DNA from: Podarcis tiliguerta
Taxonomy: Eukaryota
NCBI GenBank assembly: GCA_965153285.1
Contig: OZ229120.1
Reading direction: 5' to 3' (one strand)
Length of the DNA: 64,000 nt
The translations under genes were made by a program, and so were the position numbers. Positions 22,758 to 35,867 of this stretch are shown one piece after another (position 1 is the first letter of the stretch; each line of letters opens with the position of its first letter). The notes beneath the pieces are model-generated. The model was given only the letters and a program-made list of their open reading frames with translations. It was not told the DNA's origin and searched no databases.

Positions 22758-24863
22758 TAAAAATTTGCTTATAGTTTGCTGCAAAATGTAGGCGCTTTTG
22801 ACAGATGGTGTTGTTGTTTTTTAAAAAAAATAATTTTCGCAAGCAATTCAGTGGAAATGCTTGTGGAGCCAAGGCAAACCCATTCACCTGTCAAAATGAA
22901 GTTATTCCAACTGGTAGTGGAAATAAAGTGGGAGGGAAGAAAGGATAAAAGACATCTAATTCACCTAAAATTGCTTTTGTTCTTCTTGGATTTAAAGTAA
23001 ACTGTGTATATCAAGTAATCAGTTTTGGTACAGCGCATTTCATTGTTGGAAATAATGGATTTTTCTTTCTGATGAATAATTGGAGGCCAGACTATTTTGA
23101 ATAAAATATATATTTTTTTATTTTTCTGAAGAAACCCTAAAATGACAGCTCTTAAAATCTTGTCGTATATAATGAAAGCTGAAATTGCTTCTATTGTATT
23201 ATCCTGGCTGTACTATGAATTAAGAACATATACCGTGTCAGAATAAATAGAAAAATTACTTTCCTGTCCATTGTCTTTTGTTTAAATGATGACCAATTCA
23301 TTAAAACCATAATTGGCTCTTGTTTTGCTAGGCATAAAGAAGATGCCATTCATCGATAAAGGCTATAATTAAGAATTCTGCTTTATTAATTTTATTTCCA
23401 GGTCCCTTGTAGTATTTCCTTGGTCTGTGCTTTCTCTAAAAATTAGACAGGAATGAACTGGAAAAAAGAAAGAAAGAAAGATACATTTCCACTGGAATGA
23501 AGCCATGATATGTATGAAAACCATCCAAAAAATAATTTCTCACCAGCAAGGATCCATCTATCTCCAAGTCCCGCCCCTATCCTGTTCAAATGTTTTTACC
23601 AGGGCATTTCAGGTTTATTCTGTATGATATGCATCCTGCTTGCAGGCCTATCAGCAAGGTCAATTAAGTTGGTACATTCAAGACACAGGGCCTCCTCAGT
23701 GTTGGTCCCATAATTTTCTCCCCAAGAAGGTACAAATGGCTCCTTTCCAAAACTTGTAATGCTACACTATTCTTCCATTGGTCTGCACTAGGAATTGCTT
23801 CATGCTGCTGTTTTAGTTTCAAAAATTGATATACCAATTTTAAAACTTTTGTGATACTGATTGTACAGTGCCTTGTATAAACTTTGGGTTTTCAATGGAA
23901 GCATAGAATCCTTATACATTTTATGAAGTTTGTTTGGTTGTTTATATTTTTTTCATACAACCTTTTAAACAAACCTGCCACCTGAAGTTAACTGTGATTT
24001 AAACACAAATATATTCCCTTAAAACCAATGGGAAATGCTCAAAAGTCATGTACTGTAATGTCCATATTCATAGCTCTGGAACTATCTTTTCTGCCAATTA
24101 TTAAGTCCATTGTCATTCTCAGAGCCATTTTTTTTTTTTAAAAAAAAAAATCTTTTTACTAGCCAGCAAACTTGGGAATATATGGAGGCAGGCAATGTAT
24201 ACATGTGGGCTGCTACTTTTGGTTCTTTTCCCGTCACTTCAAATTCTATCACTGTGTAATTCCTAAAAAATGATTTCTCCATTATCTCGTTGCGTGCTCA
24301 GACACAAATTGGCACAGATGGGACAGGGTGGAAAATGGATGCATCAGTTGGCGGCAATTTTATATTTCCTTTCATATCTTTCGTTGGTATCAAACAACTG
24401 TATGTGGTTTGTATTTTTGCTAGAGTATATTTTCTTTATCTGTTGGCTGCAGCTGCTGGAACTCAACCAAATCTAACCTTGTTTTCTTAGGGCAGCTTTG
24501 GAGATGTGTTGCTCTAGCTCTAGTCTGCAATTCCAGGTGTAGAGGAAAGATGAGTCTCAACGGTGTGTTGCTTTCAATATGTTATTAGAAATAAGAGCTT
24601 GTTCAAAGCATTGGACTTTTCAGCGTGGCATGAGGAACCACGCTTACACAGAAATATGCAGCTAGGTCAGACAGTATGCAGAGAATCCAGTCTGGGCCAA
24701 GAAAAAGCCACAGTGTAGGGCTGATTTCATAAACTAAATCTCCAGCCAAAAGGAGCTGGAGGGCATGGCAGGATACCCACAGTGTAGTATCCAGTTGTGA
24801 CATTCAACATACAGTAAACAAGCCATTTTCAGCAATCCACCTTCCCCATAAGTTTTTTTTGAA

Positions 24864-25220
24864 AAAGGTAAAGGACCCCTGGATGGTTAAGCCCAGTCAA
24901 AGGTGACTATGGGGTTGCGGCACTCATCTTGCTTTCAGGCCGAGGGAGCCGGCGTTTGTCCTCATGTGGCCAGCATGACTAAACCACTACTAGCACATGA
25001 AGGACCATGACAAGTGCCAGAGTGCACTGAAATGCCGTTTACCTTCCTGCTGCAGTGGTACCTATTTATCTACTTGCACTGGTGTGCTTTCGAACTGCTA
25101 GGTTGGCAGGAGTTGGGACAGAGCAATGGAAGCTCACCCTGTCACAGGGATTCGAACCGCCAACCTTCCGATCAGCAAACCCAAGAGGCACAGTGGTTTA
25201 GACCACACGGCACCTGTGAC
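24864..25220 (-). mobile_element. Sauria SINE (subfamily B, internal deletion)
   Basis: aaggtaaaggacccctgg tail, conserved core tacctatttatctacttgcac, and B-box. Confidence 0.9.
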
Positions 25221-28200
25221 CTCCCTAAACCTGTTCTGCACAGTCCTCCAACCCTCTGAGGCTGATCTGGGGTATGGGAGTTGTAGGGGGCAGAAGGAAT
25301 CACCCCAAAAATGTTTTCCTTTCCATTCTGCTGATACAACCTTTGTCATCAGCCAAGCAACACTACTAGGGTATAAAAGGCAGGAAACAGATGAGAGAGA
25401 ATTTGGGAATCTTCCTGAAAGTTGGTGGGAATGATTTAACCATTGAGGGTAACATCTGGGAGAGTTCTTGTGTCAGGAAGAAGCAACAGAGATTAGTAAA
25501 TCATTTCCTTCCTTCTTTTGACCAAGATCAGCAAGAGGATAAGGGGAAGTGAAGAGATTGTCCCTACTGAAGTACCATCTCTAAGGTAGTATCAACACAG
25601 TATATTCAGAAACGGTGGCTTTTCCAGATTTAATAAGCCTCCCAAATAGCTGTCCTCTCCTACAAAATAATGCTTTCAGTACATATTATTTGCATCATTG
25701 GGGGGGGGCTGGGGGGGCTTGTTTATTTTATTTTAGTGTGAAGACTCACTCTTCAGTGGGTATTGCTGTATTGGTGCCCCTTCCATAACCCACTCAATCA
25801 ATAATTGTCTGTATATGAATGGTATATAATCTTACTTTCCCCCATCATTCTTAATCATGAAGATAACCTTTTATTCCCTTGCCTACACAATAGAGATCTC
25901 CAAGGCACCTATTGTGTGCCTACAATAGGTTCACTGGATGGCTTTGAAAGAAGATTAGACAAATTCATGGAGAATGAGACTATTGATGGCTGCTAGCCAT
26001 AATGGCTGTTTACCATCTCCAATATAAATTATATGTCCATAAGTCACACTTTTATCCAGCAAATCTTGCTGTTTGTTGCCACCCCTTTGAGTCATTTTAA
26101 AAAAATATGTGAATAGCTATAATTTGTGGTGAGGGAGAGAAACAAGAAGTCCAAGTATTGCGGCATATAATATCATTTTAAAATGCTCTCTCTCTCTCTC
26201 TCTCTCTCTCTAATTGACTAAATTCTACAGTTCTGTCTTTTTAAACATTTCTAGCTGCTCTGAAGAAAATGTAATTGAAAGGGGGAATAAAACTCTTGCA
26301 GTTGAGCTGACTCATTTGGGCTGTCGCCTTCCTGGATTGACTCAAAATGCTGAATGTGTGAAAAATTCGAGTGTGAGCCAGGGGGTGGTGCGTAAGCCTT
26401 AATACTACTGCATCAGATTAGATCTGAGAGCTTAATTCAGTTTTAAGAAACACACTTTCCCATGACTACTCCTTTTTGTGTCCCCAGTCGACTAGGGTTT
26501 ACTAAATTATTTTCCTTAGCTTTGGTAGGCTTCTCAGGACAAATGCATTCTAGAAGTGGAGAGCAGATGGTTTAGAATAACACATTAACTAGTTTACAGC
26601 AAGGATTGATTGCTTCAGACCAAGAAAACAGGTTGATTAGTAGAAGGGTGTTTGTTTTCCAAAGACTCAAAATGTAAAATATTTCATATCCATGGGATTA
26701 TTTTAGCTAGAGGGTAGGCCATGGGAATCTAAACAGCAGCTTTTGCTTTATACTTGGGCAGAAAATGAGTGCTCTATTGCCTCCCACTATCTGACTTTAT
26801 TTTCATTACCATCCTACTAAGTAGAATACTAATGTTTATTCATGAAACCAAACAAAGGACAATCTGCCCATCATTTGGACATCAAACGATATTTCCCTGC
26901 AATGAAGAAAAAAATGTTTGAATCAATGGAATCAGGAATCTGCTTTGCTAAGAGTTTTACCTTAGTATTATTTTCTCTCTCTTTTTAACCATTTCATGAT
27001 GTATTTCAGTGCGCAACAGAAGCAAACATACAATGTAGCGTTAAGCGCCATTCAAGGGAGCAGCTTCTCATCTGACCACAAGCTTTGTAACCAGATATGT
27101 TCTCCAAAGGGAGGACCAAGAATAACCCCTCTGCAGCACAGCTGTACCACACAGGAATATTTGGGGAGATTGGATGGGGCATGAAGGCTCACCAGCAGTT
27201 CCTTAAATCTGTGCAATGGGCAATGTGGTGCTTACTACAAAGTGCAATGACTTATTAGGGACAATAACTTGTGGAATCCAGGGTCAATGGGTTGATGTTT
27301 GCTTATGCAGTTGGACTTGTGCTTCCTCTCACCTGCAGCTCCCCAAAAATGCTCCAGAGGATTGGTGCCTACAATGGGAAGAAAGGAAGAAGCAGACCTG
27401 TTGTGTAATTAGAAATCCTTTGTTCAGTCATGTGGACATCATTGGCTATCATTCATTGAGTTTTAGCAGCTTACTGTTTGCATTTCATTTTCATGTCTCT
27501 ATTGTGGCACCTGTCATATAGCCTTATCTTCTCACTGAGTTGGGTGTTTTCATTGTCAATTGCCTACATACCTCTTCACCCATACTTTTTCTCATCCTTA
27601 ATATTATTAATACTTCTTCCTGATGTCCATGGCCATTGTGATGGCTTTAGTAATTGCATTGACCAATACTGATTTTTTAATGAGATGTTATTATGCTTTA
27701 TTATAAAGTGCTTTGATGTTTCTTTTTGTAAATGGAAAGTGCCATAGAAATCCTTTAATTAATTAATAAACGTCTGGTATTCAGTGACTGTAGACTCAAA
27801 TACATACCCTTGATTTTGAAAATAGCCACATTAACAATGTGTACGAAAAGGATGTATAGAAAGACTGAAGTGTGTTTTGAGTGCAATTTGTGCAAATAGG
27901 TACAGTGCTGTAAATTTTCCATTCTTACCAAGGAGAAAATTTCAATTCACCTGTGGTGGAACAACAAACCAGCAACCACTGGTTTTAACTTTCAAATGCT
28001 GAAATTCTGTCGGCAGGCTGAAGATGGAGAAGGAATGAAGAGGTGCAGGCATTGCTTATCATGTAATCTTAGCATGAATGGAGTCCATATGATCTTCAGT
28101 GGGAACATTAATTGCACAAAGGCTGACAGCATCTGAAGATTACTTGGGCAACTGCCTGCATCAAAGGAAAAGGTGGCACTGTGCAAAATATTGATTAGGT

Positions 28201-29944
28201 CTATAAAATAATATTGGTCTTTGTTGAAATAGCCACACAGAGGCCACACAGAAGCTAATATGTTACCTAGAAATGGCTGTTACTCTCACACACGATCACG
28301 CTGGTATTCTAAAGATAAAATGCCCCCATAAGACATTGAAACGTCATTTTCAAAGCAGCAGTTCTATAATTTAATTTCACTAACAACATTCCTTTTATTT
28401 CCACCCCTGCCCCATATTTCATCCCATGTACCTTTCGTGACATTTCCAAATACAAGTATAGTAGTTATAAAAATATGATTTCCTCACTAAAATTGGAATG
28501 ACATACATAGCACCAGTTAATTAATGTATTGCCAGCTACGAAAACCAGATTAGAAGATGGCTGTATGATGTTAGCAATGGTATGGAACAGAGCAGACACA
28601 GTCCTTAAATTGGGGAAATGTTGTAACGCAACAGATGAACAGATCTCCGTTTTTCTGTTCCTTCTGGGTTTCACATTTTTCAAGTTAAATACCATTTCAT
28701 TTTAAAAATGTGGATTGTTAAGAATTCTCCACGTACAGGTTTGCTAAATTGTGGATAATATATTTTTTTATTAAAGAGTGCAAAGAAATATTAATTCAGG
28801 GAAGCAGAGAGAATTTAATCCCCAGTGCGAACTATTTCCACCATTTACTGTGGGTTACTTTCCTTACAGAAGAGGGGAGGGTTTCGTTTGAAGATAATCT
28901 AGAACTATTACAAGAGTTTATTAAACACAAACACAAAAGAACTAGCGGAGCTTTCTAAGTGGTTAATTAGGAATAGCTGGTGTGTGTCTAATGCCTTTCT
29001 GCACAATCTTTTGAGCAGCAAATCATGATAATATATGTTTAACTTTTCTTCCAGAGGCACAGAAATGCATATCTCATAGGTTTGTCACAGATAGCTACGT
29101 CAGGATTACACTACAGATATTGTAGGTTCTTTTAAAGAATGCAGTTATTATGTATGTTTTAATATCTCACTCAGTTTAAGAGGAAATGTACATAGCACAA
29201 TTAACCGTAGATATCTTCTCTGGACCGTATGCTTTTAAGATCACCAAAATAAAAATGAGATCTCACTCACGTAAGTGGGAATAATAAGTTTTCTCTTCCT
29301 ACATATTACTCTGTAAAGTACACTTCACTGATACTTATGAATGGCCCATCAATGTCAAGCTTTTCTTGGCACTAATGGATCAACATCATGACTGATAAGT
29401 TAGAAATCTGCTTTCTCTCTTAAGTAAGTTCTCATTCACATCCCAAGAACTTCACACAGACAGCAGTGAGCAATGTTAAAATTAATTTAACTCAAAATAA
29501 AATTGCAGATCCGAATGTAATAGATGGGTAATAAGTTGCATGGAACTCTTTCATGAAAGAGATATAATTAAAATGATGGATAGAGTTAATAAAGTATAAC
29601 AATGAAAGAGCCCTAAAAGATCTTTCAGTATAAGAAGCCAAGTGTTATTCAAATGAGATCTTTTTTTTGTATTAGGTTTTACTAAGTTTTACTCACAGTA
29701 AACCCACTGAAATCAATAGACCCAAGTTAGTTTATTTCAACGGATCTGTTTAATGAGCAATGGGGAATACATTCCTAGAGGAGACTATCTGATTGCCTAG
29801 CGTAGGATTGTCTAATCTTTAATATGATGTTTTAAATTGTTGCAGCCCACCCTGAGACCTTATGGTGAAGGGCAACTAATACCTAAAATTAATAATGTTA
29901 ATCAAATAATACTAATGGTAGCAGTAGTAAAAGCAAGAACATGA

Positions 29945-30085
29945 ACCTGACTGGCAACAGCTCTCCAAGATATCTAGCAGAGGAAGGTGTTTCTCTTCAT
30001 TAAGACTCCCTGATTTGTCTAACTGTAGATGCCAGGGACCGAACCTGTGACCTTATATATACAAAGCGAATGCTTTACTACAGAG
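29945..30085 (-). mobile_element. Old tRNA-derived SINE fragment
   Basis: gactggcaacagctctccaag...agatgccagggaccgaacctgtgacc contains a reverse B-box-like motif. Related copy at 32675-32815. Confidence 0.55.
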
Positions 30086-30235
30086 TTTAATGAGGCTGGC
30101 TCCTAGTTTAGTGAGTATAGGCTCACAACCCGAACCAGACACAACAGCCCAGCAAAAAGGGAGGAGAATATTTGCTAGCAGCTTCTCAGTAATGCTACTA
30201 GGTACATAGTCTGAGGGAAAGAGGTTAAAAAAAAA

Positions 30236-30612
30236 AAAGGTAAAGGACCCCGGACAGTTAAGTCCAGTCAAAGATGACTATGTTGTTGCCGCCCTCATCT
30301 CGCATTCAGGCCAAGGGAGCTGGCCTTTGTCCACAGACAGCTTTCCGGGTCATGTGGCCAGCAGGACTAAACCACTTCTGGCACAACGGAACACCGTGAT
30401 GGAAACCAGAGTGCACGGAAACACCGTTTACCTTCCCGCCACAGTAGTACCTATTTATCTACTTGCACTGGCATGCTTTCGAACTGCTAGGTTGTCAGGA
30501 GCTGGAACTGAGCAACAGGAGCTCACCCCGTCATGGGGATTCGAACCGCCGACCTTCCGATCGGCAAGCCCAAGAGGCTCAGTGGTTTAGACCACAGCGC
30601 TACCTGCATCCC
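30236..30612 (-). mobile_element. Sauria SINE (subfamily B)
   Basis: Full length, with degenerate TSD GGAAAGAGG on both sides. Confidence 0.93.
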
Positions 30613-31162
30613 TAAAGGAAAGAGGAACTCCCCTTCAAGACACTGGGAGTATTAGCAAGACCATAGCATACAATCAGAGTGTGACACTCTGCCTTCCTTA
30701 AAGAACCCTGACTACCATTGTGTGATATCATTGCCCATAAGCTGAAGCTTCTTTTCCTTGTAAGAGGCGATTGAGAGGGTTGTACCTTCACTGATGATCC
30801 CTTCCCTTCTTGATCACCTGCTGGGTCATTGTTCACAGCTGAATTGTCTTTGATTCCTCCATGAAGACCTGGTGATAAAGCTTCCTGGCAGCTAATGATG
30901 TGCTCCTATGTAACTCTGAGCTTCCTGCTAAGTCTACAGCTCCTTTTGAAGTTGGATAAGGAGTTTACATATGGTTTGTGATGGGGAGACAGGCAAGATG
31001 TCCGAGTCACTAGGAGTATGATGGGCTCTTCCAGGGCACCAGGTGTGCTGAGCTGCTCTATGGAATTCCACACCTCTTCCTTGAGGAGGTCTCTCTGGAG
31101 TCTTCATTGGTTGGGCTCCTGATGACTACATGAGCCTCACCAGCAATTTTTGGCAGTGAGTA

Positions 31163-31518
31163 CACACAGGTGGTGCTGTGGGTTAAACCACAGAGCCTAG
31201 GGCTTGCCAATCAGAAGGTCGGCGGTTCGAATCCCCGGGTTGGGGTGAGCTACCATTGCTCGGTCCCTGCTCCTGCCAACCTAGCAGTTCAAAAGCACAT
31301 CAAAGTGCAAGTAGATAAATAGGTACCACTCTGGCGGGAAGGTAAATGCCATTTCTGTGCGCTGCTCTGGTTTGCCAGAAGCAGCTTAGTCATGCTGGCC
31401 ACATGACCCGGAAGCTGTACGCCAGCTCCCTCGGCCAATAAAGCAAGATGAGCGCTGCAACCCCAGAATCGTCCGCGACTGGACCTAATGGTCAGGGGTC
31501 CCTTTACCTTTACCTTTT
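31163..31518 (+). mobile_element. Sauria SINE (subfamily C)
   Basis: Head ggtggtgctgtgggttaaacc, B-box ggttcgaatcc, tail ggtccctttacctttacc. Confidence 0.93.
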
Positions 31519-31989
31519 TACTATTCATTGCAACAGCATTTACTTCCATGCATGCTTAAAACATGCTTAAAATCAGGATGTACATGTAGAACCACCAGAA
31601 TAAGCCAAAGGGTTTAATGTTGCCATCCTGAAGCATTTCACTGAAATACCATTTTAAAAATCCTTTGAATTTTCTTCTACGTAGGTCATAGGAAAAAAAG
31701 ATGTTCGGACTTATCTTTTTTGCCATCATTAAGAAACTTTGCATGAGCAATTAATCTTAAACAAAGTTGTAAACATGGATTTTAAAAGGCAGAGGTTGCT
31801 CTTACCTTTCTGTTTTTTCAGTTTGGTGGTGAAAGGTGGGTGAGAATGGCAGGGACATAGTATCAGGAAAACATGATGGAGTTTTATCAAAACATTTCAT
31901 TCTTCAGTTGAGAGGATGAAATCACAATGTTATGGGCATTCTATGGCGAAAGATGAAATCCACTCTGTTTCTCTCCCTTCCAGTTGTCC

Positions 31990-32239
31990 CTCTCTTCTGG
32001 GAAATACAAACTATCTCCTGTTTTTGTTATTATTATTCATATATTTTCAAGCCTTGTGTGATTTCATTTAGACATTTGATATTCACAAATGCCAATTTAT
32101 TCACTCTGTCTTCCACATTATTCACTTCTTCAGTTCCACTGACCCATGATATCACTTTCCTAATCTTCTTGTTAGCGCCATCAACTATTTCTACAGCATT
32201 CATCAACTGGCTTAGTAATTTCTTATAGCCCCATCCCAA
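31990..32239 (-). mobile_element. Possible L1 ORF1 coiled-coil relic
   Basis: Minus ORF ...TEEVNNVEDRVNKLAFVN... resembles the L1 ORF1 coiled coil. Weak. Confidence 0.25.
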
Positions 32240-32674
32240 ATTGCTTTTTAAATGCCATGTAATGTCAAATTGTAATCTCTCTCCACAAAAGTTATTATTT
32301 ACTGCAACATCCTCATGATTGATTTGGGTAGGAGAGGAAAAGACATTGTCGGGTACACATATTTTTCTGACAAAAGTTTTCTCCAGCTGCTTTTGTGACT
32401 CTTGAAACCATCATTTTGATCTCAGTTGCAAGAATGTGATTAATAATGTTCCTTCTCCTTGATAAGTAAAGCCAGCTTCATATTCTGTCTGCATTTTAAA
32501 TGAAATCTTTAATAGAAATGCATCCAGGAAATAGTGAATATCAGTTTCTCCCACGTCAGGAACAATGGCCTAGATTATTTTAGTTTCTGGCTGTTGCAAA
32601 TTTTAAAACCCTCTTTATCACATTCTCTTTGCATTGTTTTTCGTACTTAACATGCAAAATATAAACACAGAAAC

Positions 32675-32815
32675 TTCTGCCTTATACAGAGTTAGACCAA
32701 TGGTGCATCTAGCTGAGTATTATCTACATTGACTGGCAACAGCTCTCCAAGGTTTAGACGGAGGACATTTCCAACATACCTGGAGATGCTGAGGACTGAA
32801 CCAGGGACATCCTTC
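32675..32815 (-). mobile_element. Old tRNA-derived SINE fragment with CR1-like tail
   Basis: ctgccttatacagagttagaccaatggtgcatctagc...gactggcaacagctctccaagg...ggactgaaccaggg. Related to 29945-30085. Confidence 0.6.
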
Positions 32816-34420
32816 CCCTATGCGGTTTTGGAACGTGGGAATCTAGACTCTATCTAGACTCACCTTTGAATGCAAACCGAATCAAATTGCTCCTGCATCC
32901 CTTCCCAAGGTTAACCCCTGTGCATTTTCCCATTCTTTTAGGAAATCACTGACAAACACAGGAAACCCCCAATTTGCACGGAGGTTGTTTTCCAGATGAC
33001 TGTGTGCATAAATTTGCCAATCCCCATTCCACCCCCATTCTGCCCATGCCTTGTCTCCACCATCACCACCCCAGTCCTCTTCCAGGTCCAAAAATGGTGC
33101 AAATGTGCATGGTCATGCCTGCTTTGAACGCATGCAAAATGCTCATTCCCTGTACTCAAGTTATGCTCTGAGTTTAGCTGAAACAATATGTTGCGCCTTC
33201 TGTATCCAATTATCAGTCATGAGTGCCATTGCTTATGTAGCCAAAATGGCAACAATCGTGAAAAATGGGACATGCAAGCAGGCATGGGGAAAGACAAGGT
33301 TTGCCGAAGTAGGGAAAAAAACTTTAAAGAGAAGAACCTCTAATACAGTCCATTGAGGACTGAGCAATCTTTGTGAGCGTGAAATGCTGGCTGGCTGCTG
33401 AGGGAAGAAAAGGAAAATAAGGGGCAGAAAAGAAAGGAGCAGCTGTACTCCTGAAGAAGATCACTCCCCTTGATCACATTTTGTTGCAGGTCCCCCTTGC
33501 ACAATTGAAGATCTGGTGCTGGGCTTGTATAACCAGGTTAGGGCTGCCATGTCCTACTTAATTTCACGGAAACATCTGCTTGGCTACAACTGCAATCTGA
33601 GTGCTAGGCTAGGTAGTCTGATTGAGCAGCGTGTTTCTTATGGGCTTACAATTGTATGTGTATTAGACAGAGTTCCTACTGATGCATGAGATTTGTCCTA
33701 TTAAAGATGATTTGATGTGCTGCAAACAGGATTTGAAAATACTACAAGGATACAGTTATTGCAAAAAATATCAGATGAAAACTGCGGCAGGGTGAAAAAG
33801 TAATGAAGGACTAGGGCTTGACAACAAAACACATGGTGGATTTCAGTCAGTCTCTCACAGTCTTCAGAATAAAATCTGGAATCATCAGAACCTTTGTATG
33901 CCATCCAAACTCTGCTCTTTAGTCAATGCGAATTGTGAAGGAGCCGGGTTCAATTTGTTTTGGTGCCTCTACCAACATAAGGTGCATTGTTGCTAATGGA
34001 GAAACAATCACACTTTAGTTTGGGTGAGTTCAACAAGTGAAAGATTCCTGCCTCTTGATTGCTTCTAAGGATGTTTTAAGGTTAATTGCATTGGGCATGT
34101 CAGAGAAGTGAAGAAGTCTAGGAAATACAGTAGACCAGTGGTAGCAAGAGGGCAAATTTGACAGTACAGTATTTAGTTTTCTGGTATTCTAGGAAGAAAA
34201 GAGAAAGTTGGCCTTATTAGCCAAAGGGGCAGGAGGGAATGACAACACGCTCTGTTGAAACAAACAAGGGCAAATCAGCCTAGCCACAACTGAACACAAA
34301 ATAGGGATGTGGGAGAAAGTCGGTTCAGATTGCAATTTAACGTGAACCAAGCTAATCTTCACTTCCTGAAACAACACACCAACAGAAACTGAGATGTCTT
34401 TTGAAACTCACACTTGTCCT

Positions 34421-34587
34421 CATGGGCATAGCCACAAAAAATATTGAAAAGCATTGAAAGTCCTCAATTAACTGAGGTTCTGCCTCCCTCCCCAGCAGAA
34501 GCCTGCCCCCTGTAATGTCCTCCTCTTGGGGGTGACCTCAACAATTTTGGATGTCCCCCCAAAAGAAAAATCCTGGCTATGTCCAAG
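34421..34587. mobile_element. Degenerate hAT-type MITE
   Basis: Imperfect TIRs CATGGGCATAGCCA / TGGCTATGTCCAAG. TSD not resolved. Confidence 0.5.
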
Positions 34588-34924
34588 CTTGTACAGATAT
34601 TAGGGGAGACTACATATTAGGGGGGAATGCACATCAAAATACATTCTGTTAGGGAAATTGCTGCAAAAAATGTATATTTTAGAAGACACTAAAATGCTGG
34701 GGAATTATCATGAGGACTTTTAAAAACAATATTTGCTAACGGGTGTGGTAAACTGAGTTTAAGACTGAAAAAAACGAGAAACTGAAATTCACAGGTTGTT
34801 CATCCCTGTAGCTCTCCACTTAATGTGGGCCTTGAAGCACTAATCTCCTACCTCTACTGTTTCTTTCCATTCCCCATCTGTCCTCTTTTTTTCTTCTTCT
34901 ATTGATTTGAGTAGCTTTAAGAGA

Positions 34925-35168
34925 CCAGGTGTTTTTTGCTCAGAAGTCCATCAACCTGGGATCAAGGAGTGGCATAATGGGTAGCTCTGACCCAAAATCT
35001 CATGCTCTTCCACAACATCCATTCATATAGCATGAACATCTCCATGTTTATTGTTCTAATTTGGGTTGCTTTTCCATGAACCACTTCAACTGATGCGACT
35101 TTCTTGCTTTCTAGGAAGGCTTCGTTGCTTCTTTGAAAAACTCTATTGCTTGCACGATTGTGGCACAT
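34925..35168 (-). mobile_element. Possible Ty1/Copia integrase relic
   Basis: SNEAFLESKKVASVEVVHGKATQIRTINMEMF aligns by eye with the Copia rve pattern SEAF..FK...A.VE...GK.IK.IRTDNG.EF. A decayed P....NG..E.KN-like stretch follows. Confidence 0.4.
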
Positions 35169-35703
35169 AGCTCTGTCTATCTTCTGAGGTCAAATGACAC
35201 ACAGCCTGGTGATCTTCAGGATTTGAAATAACATGGTTTAGCACCGTGTGTTTCTTTATAACACCCAAATTAGAAGCTGCATGGCAGAGGGGAAGATGAT
35301 CAAGGCTGAGACTATAGGGTGCTGTGGGCAGAGTTTAACTCTTTCCCATCATACTATGTCCTGATAAAAATCTCTCCCTTTTGAAGTAGGTCCAAGCTAA
35401 GCCTCCTCAGAAAATTGTCATACCCTCACCTACATAAATCCGTCCCTCATAATGGACAATACTGTAGACAAGGTGACCTATTTGCCTGTTTGACCTGCTG
35501 TCCAAAGGCAACCTCAAGACTCCTGCTCTCCCTTCATTTGTTTCTTCATCTTTAAACCAGAGTTCTTCAAATAAATGAATGCCCGCTGCATATTAGAACA
35601 CATGCCCACCCTAATTCCCAAGGAACAGGCCCCCTGTTGAACTTTCTGCTCTTTCAAAGATGGCACCTTCTTCCTCTGTTTTCAGAGGTTGCACTTTTGT
35701 TCA

Positions 35704-35867
35704 CTGCTGTTGTTGTTTAGTCATGTTAGTCGTGTTCGACTCTCTGTGACCCCATGAACCAGAGCATGCCTTGGAAACTCTTACTTTCTTCTCAAAGCTT
35801 CTGCTGTTTTTTTGTCCATGGAGTTTTATTGGCAAAATACTGGAGTGGTTTGCCAGTTCCTTCTCCA
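35704..35867 (-). mobile_element. Short non-autonomous BovB derivative (BovA-like)
   Basis: BovB 5'-type segment GGAGAAGGAACTGGCAAACCACTCCAGTATTTTGCC joined through ~45 bp to the BovB 3' end (compare 45518-45575) and a (CAA/CAG)n tail. Perfect 11-bp TSD ACTTTTGTTCA (35693-35703 / 35868-35878). Confidence 0.85.
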
